A DNA stretch of 64,000 nt from an uncultured Gemmatimonadaceae bacterium (GCA_963781585.1 CAWAGQ010000003.1:1-64000), one strand, 5' to 3'. Positions 24,101-35,332 are shown, counted from the first letter of the stretch. Numbers and translations are program-made. The notes: generated by a model not told the origin, from the letters alone.

Positions 24101-24882
24101 CCGGACGGCTTCTCGTCGTGAGCGTCCTCGACCTCGGCGTGCACCGTCTCCTCGTCAGGCGCGCCGGCCCCCAGCTGTTTCTGCTCCGACGCACCGGGCG
24201 GCAGCAGCCCCATCTTCTGCTTCAGCGCCAGCAGTTGCGCGTCGGCGCCGGCGCCCCCGGCCGTCTTCTCCAGGAGCTTGAAATCGTGTTGCAGCCGGTC
24301 GCCGGTAATCTCCTCGTCGATCTCGGAGCTCGCTTTGATCATCCGTTCGTTCTGGGTGATCTTCTCCTCCATCCGGGCGAACGCCTCGAACGCCGACTTC
24401 TCCGACATCGCCGACATGGTCTCGGCGATGCGTTTCTGCGCCTGTGCGCGGCGCTGCCGGGCGAGCAGGAGGTTCTTCTTCCGCTTGGCTTCCTCGATCT
24501 TGTCGTTGAGGTCGACCAGCGACGACTTGAGCTTCTCGGTCTCGGCCTGATGCGACTGCCAGGTCGTCTCGAGTTGATGGGCATGCAGCGCGTGCTCGTT
24601 CTGCCTCACGAGTGCCTGCTTGGCCAGGTCGTCGCGGTTCTCCTTCACCGCCAGCATCGCCTTTGCTTCCCAGTCCTGCGCCTTCTTGTATTCGTCGTCG
24701 GCCTGATCGCGCAGCCGCTTCTCGTCGGCGATCGCGGCCGCCACCTGCTGCTTGGCCTTCACCAGCTGGTCGCGCATGTCGACGATGATCTGATTCAGCA
24801 TCTTCTCCGGGTGTTCGGCGGAGGAAATCAGATCGTTGATGTTCGACTTGATCAACGTGGCGAGGCGGTCGAAGAGGCCCAT
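24097..24882 (-). CDS. pspA: PspA/IM30 family protein
   Basis: MGLFDRLATLIKSNIN..EHPEKMLNQ, coiled coil, AFARMEEK. Confidence 0.93.
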   Translation of the reverse strand: MGLFDRLATLIKSNINDLISSAEHPEKMLNQIIVDMRDQLVKAKQQVAAAIADEKRLRDQADDEYKKAQDWEAKAMLAVKENRDDLAKQALVRQNEHALHAHQLETTWQSHQAETEKLKSSLVDLNDKIEEAKRKKNLLLARQRRAQAQKRIAETMSAMSEKSAFEAFARMEEKITQNERMIKASSEIDEEITGDRLQHDFKLLEKTAGGAGADAQLLALKQKMGLLPPGASEQKQLGAGAPDEETVHAEVEDAHDEKPSG

Positions 24883-24884
24883 GA

Positions 24885-25289
24885 TCAGCGATCCTCGCGA
24901 TACGTCGTGAGCTCGCGCAGATGCGTGGCGAGCGCCAGCGTCATGCTCTCGTAGCTGGCCTGGAACTCCTCGAAGTCGAGATGCTCCAGCTCCAGCGCTT
25001 CGGTGAGCACGATCGAGCTGTCGGCGATCCCGTACGACCCGTGGAGGAGATCGGTCGCGTTGAGCTCGAGCAGCCGGCGATTCAGATGCGCCCCGCGGCC
25101 ATCGTCGCTCGGTACGTCCATCACCTTGACGCGGAGCAGCACCACCGGCGGCGTGTAGTGCACCACCACATCCACGCCCAGCGCGCCCCCGGGACTCACC
25201 GCCCAGAGTCCGGGCTCGATCTCGCGATAGCTCGCCCCCTCGGCGGCGATCCGATCCAGAAACCCCTCGATTCCTTCGCGCGTTACCAT
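24885..25289 (-). CDS. CesT/YbjN-like (type III chaperone fold) protein
   Basis: Small acidic protein with LLELNA..LLHGSYGI pattern; ATG at 25289. Confidence 0.6.
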   Translation of the reverse strand: MVTREGIEGFLDRIAAEGASYREIEPGLWAVSPGGALGVDVVVHYTPPVVLLRVKVMDVPSDDGRGAHLNRRLLELNATDLLHGSYGIADSSIVLTEALELEHLDFEEFQASYESMTLALATHLRELTTYREDR

Positions 25290-25543
25290 GTTCGGTCCTG
25301 TGGCGAGATTCACTTCGAGCCTACGAACAATCCACCAGCCGCGTTTCGGGCCCGCACCCGCATGCGTCGCGCATGCGCCGTGCAAGAGCGGCGCTCCAGC
25401 CCGCCCGGCGAATATGAAACCACCGGGGGCTACCCGCACGGTGCCCCCGCCGAGCCACCCTCCGCGACGAGAGAACCGATCCCTCCGGGAGTCCCTGGAT
25501 CAAGATAAGCCCTGACGGGGCATGCCGATAGAACGCCGACGGG

Positions 25544-28507
25544 TCAGGCCGACTTCCGTTCGCCGCGGCCGCGCTCCCTCGCCAGGGTCGAGCGAAGATA
25601 CTGGCCCGTGTAGCTGGCAGACACCTGTGCGACCGCTTCCGGCGTGCCCGCAGCGACGATCGCGCCTCCTCGAGCCCCTCCCTCCGGCCCAAGGTCGATG
25701 ATCCAGTCGGCCGTCTTTATGACGTCGAGGTTGTGCTCGATCACCAGGATGGTATTCCCGCGTTCAACCAGGCGGTGGAGAACCTCCAGCAACAGACGGA
25801 CATCCTCGAAATGCAGGCCGGTGGTCGGTTCGTCCAGGATATAGAGCGTGCGCCCCGTGTCTCGCTTGGACAGCTCGGTGGCCAGCTTCACGCGTTGTGC
25901 CTCGCCGCCGGACAGCGTGGTGGCGCTCTGGCCGAGGTGCATGTAGCCCAGTCCAACGTCGGCCAGGGTCTCCAGTTTCTGGCGCACCCGCGGCTGATTC
26001 TGGAAGAAGGCGAGTGCGTCCTCGACAGTCTGCTCGAGCACGTCGGAGATGCTCAGGCCGCGAAAGCGCACCTCGAGCGTCTCGCGATTGTAGCGTTTCC
26101 CCTTGCACACTTCGCACGGCACGTAGACGTCGGGCAGGAAGTGCATCTCGATCTTCACCAACCCGTCCCCCTGACACGCTTCGCACCGACCGCCCTTGAC
26201 GTTGAACGAGAACCGACCGGGACCGTAGCCCCGAATCTTCGCTTCCGGGAGGTCGGCGAACAGCTCGCGAATCGGTGTGAACAGGCCGGTGTAGGTGGCG
26301 GGATTGGACCGTGGTGTGCGACCGATGGGGCTCTGGTCGATGTCGATGACCTTGTCGATGTGCTCGAGCCCCGAGATGGCGCGATGGGCCCCCGGAATCA
26401 CCCGCGCCCGGAAGAAATGCCGCGCCAGCGCGCGATGCAGGATGTCCTCGACCAGCGTCGACTTCCCCGACCCGGACACACCGGTCACCGCCACGAACAG
26501 GCCTAACGGGATTTCCACGTCCAGATCGCGCAGGTTGTGTTCGCGCGCGCCCCGCACCAGGAGGCGCCGGCGCGGGTCGGGAGCCCGTCGCTCGGCCGGT
26601 ACCGGGATACGGAGCGCGCCCGACAGGTACCTTCCGGTCATCGATTCGGGGGCGCGCGTGATGGCACCCACGTCGCCCTCGGCGACCACCCGTCCGCCGT
26701 GACGACCCGCGCCCGGCCCCAGGTCCACCACGTGATCGGCGGCCCGGATCGTCTCCTCGTCGTGTTCGACCACGATCACGGTATTCCCCAGGTCGCGCAG
26801 CTGCTCTAGCGTCCGGAGCAGCCGGGCGTTGTCCCGCTGGTGCAGCCCGATGGACGGTTCATCGAGGATGTAGAGCACCCCCACCAGCCGTGACCCGATC
26901 TGGGTGGCCAGCCGGATGCGCTGCGCCTCGCCGCCCGACAGCGACTCGGCCGCCCTGCCTAACGTGAGATACTCGAGTCCGACGTCAACCAGGAAGCGAA
27001 GGCGCTCGCGCACCTCCTTCAGGATCGGGCCGGCCACCGCCGGGTCGAGCCCCGGGACCCCCTGGTCGCGAGTCGGCACCTGATCGAAGAACCTGAGCGC
27101 ATCGGAAATCGCCATCTCGGCCACGTCGCCGATGTTCCGCGATGCGATCGTGACCGCGAGAGACTCCGGCTTCAGACGGTGGCCACCGCACGCCGCGCAT
27201 GGGCGGACCACCATGTACGCCTCGAGTTCCGCGCGCAGCGTGTCGGAGTCGGTCTCCGCGTACCGGCGCTGGATCGCCGACACGATGCCGTCCCAGGCGA
27301 TGTCGGTTGTGGCGACCGCGGCATTCTTCGCCCTGGACGACGACCCGTGCGCCCGCGACCGGCGCGACCCGCGCGTCGCAGCCGAAGGCTTCGCCCCGCG
27401 CCGTCCGTTTCCGGTCGCCGCCCCTTCCCCCACACCATGCAGGAGCACCGCACGCACGTCGTTCGGCAACGCGCCCCACGGCGTGTTCAGATCGAATCCC
27501 AGGTGCTTCGACAGGCCGGGAAGAATCACGCGGCGCAGATAGCCGTCCGGCGCCCCCCACGGGAGCACCACGCCTTCCAGCAGCGAGATACTGGGATCGC
27601 CCAGAATCAGATCTTCACTCACCTCGCGGCGCGTGCCGAGACCGCTGCAAGCCGGGCAGGCGCCAAAGGGGGAATTGAAGGAGAAATGCCGCGGCTCGAG
27701 GTCGGGCATGGAGAGGCCGCAGAAAGCGCAGCCGTATCGCTCCGAAAACAGATGCGCCGCCGGCTTCCGTTTCGCGTCGTCCCCACCCTCGTGTCGATCC
27801 ACCTGGACGATGCCGTCCGCCAGACGGAGCGCCGTCTCGAGCGAGTCGGTGAGGCGCCCGCGGTCCTCGCGCCTGACCACCAGACGATCCACGACTACCG
27901 AGACGTCGTGATTCTGGCGGCGGTTGAGCCGGGGCGGATCAGCGAGTTCCACCAGCGCGCCGTCCACCATCGCGCGCACGAATCCGTGCCGTCTCGCGTT
28001 GTCGAAGAGTTCGCGAAACTCACCCTTTCGGCCGCGCACCAGCGGCGCGAGGATTTCGATCCGGGTCCCGGACGGCCAGTCCAGCACCGCATCGGCGATC
28101 TGCACGGCGCTCTGCCGTTCGACGGCCCGGCCACAATTCGGGCAATGGGGCGTCCCGGCACGCGCGAAAAGGAGTCGCAGGTAATCGTAAATCTCGGTGA
28201 CCGTGCCCACGGTGGAGCGCGGGTTGTGCCCCGCGGACTTCTGTTCGATGGAAATCGCCGGCGACAATCCCTCGATGGAATCGACGTCCGGCTTCTCCAT
28301 CAGGCCGAGGAACTGCCGCGCATACGCCGACAGGGATTCGACGTAGCGCCGCTGCCCTTCGGCGTAGATGGTGTCGAAAGCGAGCGACGACTTGCCCGAC
28401 CCGGAGAGTCCGGTGACGACGGTGAGGCGGTCGCGCGGCAGCTCGAGGTCGATGTTCTGCAGGTTGTGCTCGCGGGCACCGCGAATGACCAGCGCATCTC
28501 GGGTCAT
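25544..28507 (-). CDS. uvrA: Excinuclease ABC subunit A
   Basis: Two ABC ATPase domains ([26 protein letters not shown]) and zinc fingers. Confidence 0.99.
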   Translation of the reverse strand: MTRDALVIRGAREHNLQNIDLELPRDRLTVVTGLSGSGKSSLAFDTIYAEGQRRYVESLSAYARQFLGLMEKPDVDSIEGLSPAISIEQKSAGHNPRSTVGTVTEIYDYLRLLFARAGTPHCPNCGRAVERQSAVQIADAVLDWPSGTRIEILAPLVRGRKGEFRELFDNARRHGFVRAMVDGALVELADPPRLNRRQNHDVSVVVDRLVVRREDRGRLTDSLETALRLADGIVQVDRHEGGDDAKRKPAAHLFSERYGCAFCGLSMPDLEPRHFSFNSPFGACPACSGLGTRREVSEDLILGDPSISLLEGVVLPWGAPDGYLRRVILPGLSKHLGFDLNTPWGALPNDVRAVLLHGVGEGAATGNGRRGAKPSAATRGSRRSRAHGSSSRAKNAAVATTDIAWDGIVSAIQRRYAETDSDTLRAELEAYMVVRPCAACGGHRLKPESLAVTIASRNIGDVAEMAISDALRFFDQVPTRDQGVPGLDPAVAGPILKEVRERLRFLVDVGLEYLTLGRAAESLSGGEAQRIRLATQIGSRLVGVLYILDEPSIGLHQRDNARLLRTLEQLRDLGNTVIVVEHDEETIRAADHVVDLGPGAGRHGGRVVAEGDVGAITRAPESMTGRYLSGALRIPVPAERRAPDPRRRLLVRGAREHNLRDLDVEIPLGLFVAVTGVSGSGKSTLVEDILHRALARHFFRARVIPGAHRAISGLEHIDKVIDIDQSPIGRTPRSNPATYTGLFTPIRELFADLPEAKIRGYGPGRFSFNVKGGRCEACQGDGLVKIEMHFLPDVYVPCEVCKGKRYNRETLEVRFRGLSISDVLEQTVEDALAFFQNQPRVRQKLETLADVGLGYMHLGQSATTLSGGEAQRVKLATELSKRDTGRTLYILDEPTTGLHFEDVRLLLEVLHRLVERGNTILVIEHNLDVIKTADWIIDLGPEGGARGGAIVAAGTPEAVAQVSASYTGQYLRSTLARERGRGERKSA

Positions 28508-28750
28508 AGCCTTGTAAGGTCGGAGGTGGCGCTGGTTCGTTCAAGGGTGGGACTACCGCCGCGCGCGGAACGCGCCGGCGGGGGCTGAGCCCGCAAATCG
28601 GCCACTGAAGACCATTCCCTGCCGCCGTCCGGCTCTCGTGACGCGGCAGCGGGTTGGATTGTCCCCGTACGGGTGGGAGGCGCACATTGCGGACGAGTGT
28701 CGCCGCAGATGAGCCCGGCGCTGCTCCCTCCCTTCACTCGTGATGCCGAC

Positions 28751-29086
28751 ATGCCGCATACCGACGCCGTCGTGGTGCTCACCACCATGTCCAACCCCGA
28801 TGAAGCCGCGAGCTTCGTGCGGGCCCTCCTCGACCGGCGACTCATTGCCTCCGGCACGCTGCTGTCAGGCGCTCGTTCGCTCTACCGCTGGGAGGGGAAG
28901 GTGGCCGACGAATCCGAGGTGGTGGTGCTGCTGAAGACCCGATCGGCGATTCTGCATGCGCTGGAGCACGCCTTCGAGGAATTGCACCCGTACAAGGTGC
29001 CGGAGCTGCTCGCTCTCTCCGTCTCGTCGGGCCTCGAGAAGTACGTGGCCTGGATCAACGCGGAAACGTCGCTGTCGGTGGTGTAG
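28751..29086 (+). CDS. cutA: Divalent-cation tolerance protein CutA
   Basis: SLYRWEG, LKT, HPYKVPE. Confidence 0.92.
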   Translation: MPHTDAVVVLTTMSNPDEAASFVRALLDRRLIASGTLLSGARSLYRWEGKVADESEVVVLLKTRSAILHALEHAFEELHPYKVPELLALSVSSGLEKYVAWINAETSLSVV

Positions 29087-29150
29087 TGCGTACCGCGCCA
29101 GCGGCAGGTGCAGTGGGTACCGGGTTCGCGGCGCAGGTCGGAGCGGCGTG

Positions 29151-30053
29151 ATGCGGGCGCGTGGAATCCTGTCGATCGCCATCCTCGGGGCGTGGGGTGG
29201 CGGGATGGCAATCTTTGTCTCGCGCGAAATGCGCAGGTCGCCGTTGGACGGCCTGGCCGAAGCCGCGCTCCGTGTGGCGCCGGGCGTGACCTGGCTGAGC
29301 GGCGAGCGTGACGACGGCGCGGTGGTGGGCTTTTCCTCCCTCACCGTGGACACCTTGCCGCGACAGCTGCTGGTCACCGAATACACGGTGCTCCAGGCGC
29401 CGGGGGTCCCGGCCGCCGAGCGGACGATCCGGCAGACGGTGGTGCACCTGTCGCGGGCCCTGGCGCTTCGGGACTTCGAGTACACGGTCACTGTCGCTCT
29501 CGATTCCCAGCGACTGACCGGCAGGGCACTGGGTGACACGCTGCTTTCCTATGCCGCGCGGGGCCCGGGCGGTAGTGCGTCCGGCATGCTGACGCATCAC
29601 GGACCGCTCTTCGTGCAGCCCCTTCTTCCTCTCGTCGCCACGCTGCGCAGCACCCCGCGAGTGGGACGCTCCGTCACCATCGAGCTGTTCGACTTCGACC
29701 GCTCGACTCAGCGGACGGTGGACCTGGTGGTGAGTGCGGAGTCGCTGTTCGTGATCGCCGACAGCGCCGCGTTCGACAGCGCGAGCGGTCGCTGGCGACC
29801 GGCGCAATACGATTCGGTTCAGGGATGGCGGCTGCGCGGGCGCGACCCGGCCGACCCGGACGTCTGGGTGGACGAACTGGGACAGGTGCTGGCGCGCGGC
29901 ACGCGAGGCGGGGTGACGTGGCGCCGCACGGCCTTCGAGCTGGCGTTCGAGAACTGGCGTCTGGAGAATCCCGCGGGCAGCGCGGACATGGGGGCCGGGC
30001 TTCCGGTCGCGAGCAGGGGCCAGGCGCGATCGCGTCCGGGCCGTCGTCGTTAG
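29151..30053 (+). CDS. Hypothetical membrane-anchored/exported protein
   Basis: N-terminal hydrophobic segment; co-oriented with the ABC genes. Confidence 0.65.
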   Translation: MRARGILSIAILGAWGGGMAIFVSREMRRSPLDGLAEAALRVAPGVTWLSGERDDGAVVGFSSLTVDTLPRQLLVTEYTVLQAPGVPAAERTIRQTVVHLSRALALRDFEYTVTVALDSQRLTGRALGDTLLSYAARGPGGSASGMLTHHGPLFVQPLLPLVATLRSTPRVGRSVTIELFDFDRSTQRTVDLVVSAESLFVIADSAAFDSASGRWRPAQYDSVQGWRLRGRDPADPDVWVDELGQVLARGTRGGVTWRRTAFELAFENWRLENPAGSADMGAGLPVASRGQARSRPGRRR

Positions 30054-30117
30054 GCGCTGGTATCGCGATGCCGCCCTCCCGTTGTGCAGTGATGCCGACT
30101 CCGGACTGCTCCGGCCG

Positions 30118-30876
30118 ATGATCCAGCTCGAGCGGCTGACCAAGAAGTTTGGCACGTTTACGGCCGTCGAATCGATCGACCTGGCGGTCCCGCCTGGCGA
30201 GCTGTTCGGCTTTCTCGGGCCGAATGGCGCCGGGAAGACCACAACGATGCGAATGATCGCCGGCATTCTCCGCCCTACCGCCGGACGGGTCCGGATCGGC
30301 GGCATCGATCTGCTCGACCATCCCAACGAGGCCAAGCAGAAACTCGGGTTCATTCCCGACCGCCCGTTCATCTACGAGAAGCTCACCGGCATGGAGTTTC
30401 TGCGGTTCGTCGCCGGCCTGTACGGGCAGGACGGGCCGCCGGTGGAACACCGCGCGCGCGAGTTGCTGGCCCTGTTCGACCTGGAGGATTGGCGCGACGA
30501 CCTGGTCGAGAGCTACAGCCACGGCATGCGGCAGAAGCTGATCATCTCGAGCGCCTTCGTCCACCGGCCCGAGGTGATCGTGGTGGATGAGCCGATGGTG
30601 GGACTCGACCCGAAGGCCGCCCGCATTCTGAAAGATCTGTTCCGCGCGTACGTCCGGCGCGGACACACCATCATGATGTCCACCCACACGCTGGAGGTGG
30701 CCGAGAGCCTGTGCGATCGCATCGCCATCATCCAGCGCGGGGTCATTCGGGCGGCCGGATCGATGGCGGAACTGCGCCAGGATGCGGCCGCCGGGTCGGA
30801 CGGACTCGAGGACATCTTCCTGCGCCTCACCGGCGAGGGCCTGGCGCGCGATCTGCTCGATGTCCTCGATGCGTGA
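30118..30876 (+). CDS. ABC transporter ATP-binding protein
   Basis: GPNGAGKTT, YSHGMRQKL, DEPMVGLD. Confidence 0.95.
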   Translation: MIQLERLTKKFGTFTAVESIDLAVPPGELFGFLGPNGAGKTTTMRMIAGILRPTAGRVRIGGIDLLDHPNEAKQKLGFIPDRPFIYEKLTGMEFLRFVAGLYGQDGPPVEHRARELLALFDLEDWRDDLVESYSHGMRQKLIISSAFVHRPEVIVVDEPMVGLDPKAARILKDLFRAYVRRGHTIMMSTHTLEVAESLCDRIAIIQRGVIRAAGSMAELRQDAAAGSDGLEDIFLRLTGEGLARDLLDVLDA

Positions 30877-32608
30877 GACCGACCGATCGGCCCTAGCCCT
30901 CCGCATCACCGGACGACTCGTGAGGCGACCCCTCCCCGCTCTGGTCCTCGCGCTGCTCCCGAAGCTGCTCACCGCACGGGCGCGCGTGGTCAGCCGGGAA
31001 CGCGGTCGCGGCGCACGGTGGACGATCCTTGCGCTCATCGGCGCCGGATTCTGGGCCTTTGCGTTCGGAGTTCTGTATCGGGTCCTGGCCTACTTCACGC
31101 ACGTCGAGGAGATCGGGGCGCTGCTGGCAGGCAAGCTGCTCGGCATCATGCTGCTGAGCTTCGCGTCGATCCTGCTGCTCTCGAACATCATCACCGCCCT
31201 GTCGAGCTTCTTCCTCGCGCGTGACCTCGACCTGCTGGTGTCCTCGCCGATGGACTGGCTCCCCCTGTACGGCGCCCGGTTGCTGGAGACGGCCCTCCAC
31301 TCCAGCTGGATGGTGGTGCTGCTGGCGCTGCCGATGTTTGCGGCCTATGGCGTGGCGTACCACGGTGGGGCGGGCTACGCGCTGATCGCCGCGGCGGGAT
31401 TCATTCCGTTCCTGCTCATCCCGTCCGCGTTAGGTAGCGCGGTCACGCTGGTGCTGGTCAACATCTTTCCGGCGCGACGCACCCGCGACATCCTCAGTGT
31501 GATCGGAGTGCTGGCGGCCGCCGGCGTGGTGGTCCTGTTCCGGCTGCTGCGCCCCGAGCGGCTGGTCCGCCCCGAAGGATTCCGTTCGCTGGTCGAGTTC
31601 ATCGCCGTGCTGCGGAGCCCTACCTCACCCATGCTCCCCAGCGAGTGGCTGCAGCGCGCGATCATGGGGACCCTGACCGGCCACACCGACCCCCTGCCGC
31701 TGTACCTCCTGTGGACGACCGCCGCGGCTTTCGTTGTGCTCGGCGCAGTCCTCCATCGGACGCTGTACTCCGCCGGCTTCACCCGCGCCCAGGAAGGCGC
31801 ACAGCGGGCGTCGCGCGCGGGAACTGTCGCCCGCCTCACGCGGGCCGCGCTGCGGCCGCTGGGCGTTCTGCGCCGGGAACTGGTTCTCAAGGAAATCCGG
31901 GTCTTCTTCCGCGACACCACCCAGTGGTCGCAGCTGATCCTGCTCGCGGTGCTGGTGCTGGTGTACGTGGTCAACGTGAAGTTCCTGCCCCTCAGCGGCG
32001 ACGGCGTGACCTTCTTCGTCGCCAATGTCGTGCCGTTTCTGAATCTGGTGCTGGCCGGCTTCGTGCTCGCGTCCATCGCCGCCCGCTTCCTCTTCCCCAC
32101 CGTGAGCCTGGAGGGACCGACCTGGTGGCTGCTCCGGTCGAGCGCGATGTCGATGCGCGACCTGCTGTGGGCGAAGTTCTGGGTGGGCACGCTGCCCCTG
32201 CTCGTTCTGGCGCTGGCGATCGTGGGGACGACCGACGCCCTGATGCACGTCACCGCATTCATGTTCGCCGTGTCCGCAGGCACCATCACCCTGCTCACGT
32301 TCGCCGTCGCGGGCCTGGCGGTGGGCTTCGGCACCATGTACCCGCGCTTCGAGACCGAAAACGCCGCCCAGATCCCCACCTCGTTCGGGGGCCTGCTCTA
32401 CATGATGACGTCGATCGCCCTGATCGGTGCCGTGACGATCCTGGAGGCGCGCCCGGTATACGCCTACCTGAGCGCCCGATCGTTCGACCAGGCCGTCCCG
32501 ACCGGCGGCATGACCCTGGGCTTCGCCGCCGCGGCCGCCCTCTGTCTTGCAGGCACCTTTGTCCCGCTCCGCATCGCCCAGCGCCGGCTCGAGGCCATCG
32601 AACGCTGA
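30869..32608 (+). CDS. ABC exporter permease (multi-TM)
   Basis: Many TM segments, DLDLLVSSP motif; overlaps the ATPase stop. Confidence 0.85.
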   Translation: MRETDRSALALRITGRLVRRPLPALVLALLPKLLTARARVVSRERGRGARWTILALIGAGFWAFAFGVLYRVLAYFTHVEEIGALLAGKLLGIMLLSFASILLLSNIITALSSFFLARDLDLLVSSPMDWLPLYGARLLETALHSSWMVVLLALPMFAAYGVAYHGGAGYALIAAAGFIPFLLIPSALGSAVTLVLVNIFPARRTRDILSVIGVLAAAGVVVLFRLLRPERLVRPEGFRSLVEFIAVLRSPTSPMLPSEWLQRAIMGTLTGHTDPLPLYLLWTTAAAFVVLGAVLHRTLYSAGFTRAQEGAQRASRAGTVARLTRAALRPLGVLRRELVLKEIRVFFRDTTQWSQLILLAVLVLVYVVNVKFLPLSGDGVTFFVANVVPFLNLVLAGFVLASIAARFLFPTVSLEGPTWWLLRSSAMSMRDLLWAKFWVGTLPLLVLALAIVGTTDALMHVTAFMFAVSAGTITLLTFAVAGLAVGFGTMYPRFETENAAQIPTSFGGLLYMMTSIALIGAVTILEARPVYAYLSARSFDQAVPTGGMTLGFAAAAALCLAGTFVPLRIAQRRLEAIER

Positions 32609-32648
32609 CACCCACGTCGCGCCCGCGCACGGCGCGGTCGACAGCACC

Positions 32649-33281
32649 TCAGTCAGCGAGCGCGGTGCCGCACCGCGGGCAGAAGCGGGCCCCGAGCTGC
32701 TCCACCGTATGGCCGCATCCCGGACACGGTTGCAGCACCCGCCCACAGTTGGAGCAGTAGCGCGAATCCGGCTCCGGACGGTCGCCGCACGACGGACAGG
32801 TGGAATGCTTCTCCCGAAACTGCCTGACGAGACGTTCCGCGAGATCGTCGAGTGCGGTCGGGACCGGCGATGCTGCACCCGAAGACGGTTGCACGGATTC
32901 TGGCGGTAAGTCCTGCCCACCGGAGCCCGCCGTCGTCCCGGACTGCGACACCCGGCGCAACGCGGCCGGGTCGGGGCCAGCGGATTCCGGCGACTCCAGG
33001 TGAGGAGCCGCCGTCGCGGGGACATCGCCAGGTTGTCCGGACGACGGTTTCACATGCGCGCGAGCTCGCTCGATCCCGCGGCGCAGCACCCGATAATCGT
33101 CCTCGCTCAGCTTGCCCATCTGGCGATCGAGCTCGATCTCATCGAGATCGGAGGCCAGCGGATCAGGCGTTGGCGCGCCGGGGTCGGCGGGCCTGGCCGC
33201 TCCGGTCCGTTGCCGCAGCACGGGTGCCAGCACGGCCACCACGACGACACCCAAGGCGAGGACCACCAGCAGCTGCGTCAT
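32649..33281 (-). CDS. Membrane-anchored double zinc-ribbon protein with CcmI-like N-terminal motif
   Basis: TM, ELDRQMGKLSEDDY, four CxxC pairs at the C-terminus. Confidence 0.7.
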   Translation of the reverse strand: MTQLLVVLALGVVVVAVLAPVLRQRTGAARPADPGAPTPDPLASDLDEIELDRQMGKLSEDDYRVLRRGIERARAHVKPSSGQPGDVPATAAPHLESPESAGPDPAALRRVSQSGTTAGSGGQDLPPESVQPSSGAASPVPTALDDLAERLVRQFREKHSTCPSCGDRPEPDSRYCSNCGRVLQPCPGCGHTVEQLGARFCPRCGTALAD

Positions 33282-34639
33282 GGTAGCATCCTCGATGAGG
33301 GGACCGGTGCGGCGGACACCGCGCTGCCCGACAGCAGCGCGCCGAGCGCGGCGGCTACCAACAGGGCAATACCGGGGATCCACAGGCTGGCGAGCGGAAT
33401 GAAGGCGACGCGTACGCGCCCCGTGTCGCCCTCGCCTACGCTGTCCAGCGTGAGCAGCAGGTCCTGCAGTGCACCGCGCTGCACCGCTCGCGCGCCCACC
33501 GGTGCACCGACGTATTCACCCAGCGGACCGCGATAGTCGCGCAGTTCCGGGGCGAGCAGGTTGGTGCCCGCCGGACTTGAGACCTCGACAGCCAAGGCGG
33601 TGACGTCCCGACCCGGCGCATCGAATCGCGAAACGCCCTGATTCACCAGGTGCCACGTTCCGCCGAGCGCATCGCCCACATCGACTGTCCTGCCGGGCGG
33701 CAACGCCACGTCGACACGCCGTGCCGCCACGTGCGCGCCGAACGCCAGCAGCAGGCATATCGCCCCCGCGTGTGCCAGGTGCGCATTCCAGCGCACCGAC
33801 CGGCCGGTTTCTTCCGGCCGCGAGCCCCATATCCAGCCGCGAACGCGCCGGTGCGCGGCTGCACCGAGCATCAGCCAGAGCAGAATCCCCGTAGCGTTCC
33901 TGCCGGCTGCACCGGCCCCGGTTGACGCCAGCGCCGTGCGAGCCCACTCGTCCGACGCGAGCGCCAGCGTGGCGAGGATCCACGCGGTCACGAGAAGGCG
34001 CCGCGCCGTCTCTTCGGCGCGGCGGGGTGGCACCTCGCCGGAGCGGGACTCCGCTCGGCTGCCGGCACGTTCCGCGATGACCAGCGCGACGGCAACTGCG
34101 CTCACCATGATCGCCGCGACCTGGAGCAGCGGCTGCAGCGCAGCACCAGGATGCAGGATGCTGAGGGGAACGATGCCCGGCGGGGCCGTCAGCTCGCGTG
34201 CGAACGGCGGTGCAACGAGGACGATCGCGGCCAGCAACAAGGTCAGACCGCCGCTGAGGACCGTGACCAGGCGCCCGGCCTGCCGCCTCGTCGATGACGA
34301 CTGCCCCTCCACTTCCACGATCAGGGCCATCGCGAGTACGAGGGCGGCCGTGAGAAGCAGGCCCGATGTGCCCGTCAGCACGGCCGCCAGGCGATAGCCG
34401 GCGGTGGCGTCCACCACGATCCGTCCGCCGACGGCGGCGTACGAGAGATCGCCCCGGAGCGCCGCCCCGGCCAGCATCGCCCAGGTCACAGCAACCAGTG
34501 CACCCGCCGTGAATGCACTCACCACGCCCCACGGGGGATACCCGGCACCCTCTTCCCGCCATCGCGCCGCAAACAGACCACTGGTCCAGGCCGACGCCAG
34601 GAGCGCGAGCCAGGTCACCAGCGCGCCCGTGGACGTCAC
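33278..34639 (-). CDS. Divergent CcmF-like membrane protein
   Basis: GDLSY, AHLAHAG and C-terminal P..SLW patterns resemble CcmF; Trp-rich WWD motif not visible. Confidence 0.55.
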   Translation of the reverse strand: MTSTGALVTWLALLASAWTSGLFAARWREEGAGYPPWGVVSAFTAGALVAVTWAMLAGAALRGDLSYAAVGGRIVVDATAGYRLAAVLTGTSGLLLTAALVLAMALIVEVEGQSSSTRRQAGRLVTVLSGGLTLLLAAIVLVAPPFARELTAPPGIVPLSILHPGAALQPLLQVAAIMVSAVAVALVIAERAGSRAESRSGEVPPRRAEETARRLLVTAWILATLALASDEWARTALASTGAGAAGRNATGILLWLMLGAAAHRRVRGWIWGSRPEETGRSVRWNAHLAHAGAICLLLAFGAHVAARRVDVALPPGRTVDVGDALGGTWHLVNQGVSRFDAPGRDVTALAVEVSSPAGTNLLAPELRDYRGPLGEYVGAPVGARAVQRGALQDLLLTLDSVGEGDTGRVRVAFIPLASLWIPGIALLVAAALGALLSGSAVSAAPVPSSRMLP

Positions 34640-34836
34640 GACCCCTTGAAGGCCTCGGTGCGCACCCTGGTCATGATGCGCTCGAGATCCGCTTCCAAAC
34701 GCGCGCGCTCCGCGGCCGGCAGCGGTCCGGCATGGCGGTGCAGCTCGCGCAGTTGGCCCATCATCTCATCGATCAATCCGCGCAGGAGAAGATTGGTCCT
34801 CTGTGGGCGCTTCGGCTCCCCTTTGTCGGCATTCAT
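34636..34836 (-). CDS. Small hypothetical helical protein
   Basis: 66-aa ORF whose stop overlaps the next gene start. Confidence 0.55.
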   Translation of the reverse strand: MNADKGEPKRPQRTNLLLRGLIDEMMGQLRELHRHAGPLPAAERARLEADLERIMTRVRTEAFKGS

Positions 34837-34912
34837 GCCACGCCTCCGCTTGTCCGCTCGGGTACAGGCAGGTCGCCGCGCCGGGACCCACCCGGCGCGG
34901 GTGTCCGACGCC

Positions 34913-35332
34913 TCAGGCTCGATAGAACGCGTCAATGGCCGACTGAATCTGCGTCGGCGAGCGTCCCTCCTGGGTCATCCGCGCCACGATCAACGCTTCG
35001 GTGATGCAGACGTCGCAGTTGGCAGCATGGTCGCTCTCGAAGCACTCTGCAAGGGCGCGGTGGCCCAGGTTCTCCTTGCAGTGACAGTAGCAGTAGATGT
35101 GCTCGAGGACGGCCGCGTATTTCCTGGCGGCGGCGTACGCTTCACGCGTCCGCGCATCGGCGAACAGCGCCGGATCCAGCATGCGGCGCGACGCGACCGC
35201 GTCCACCGGGGCCGCCGACTCCAACGCTGGTCGGGTGCTATCGGCCGCCGGCTGGCGTTGCTCCGCACGGGAGCAACCGGTCAGAAGGGCCACGGTGATC
35301 CAGACCGCGGCAACGTGCTCGGTGCGTAGCAT
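34913..35332 (-). CDS. PCYCGC-motif-like Cys/His-rich lipoprotein
   Basis: Lipobox LTGC; YCYCHC..GH...CF...H...CxxC. Confidence 0.75.
   Translation of the reverse strand: MLRTEHVAAVWITVALLTGCSRAEQRQPAADSTRPALESAAPVDAVASRRMLDPALFADARTREAYAAARKYAAVLEHIYCYCHCKENLGHRALAECFESDHAANCDVCITEALIVARMTQEGRSPTQIQSAIDAFYRA

Noticed and set aside
27300..27430. Low-complexity basic insertion in UvrA
   Set aside because: It falls in a variable loop with the frame intact and shows no sign of an intein or mobile element.
30118..32608. ABC transporter as exporter of the lasso peptide
   Set aside because: It lies 23 kb away in an unrelated operon and nothing in the sequence links them.
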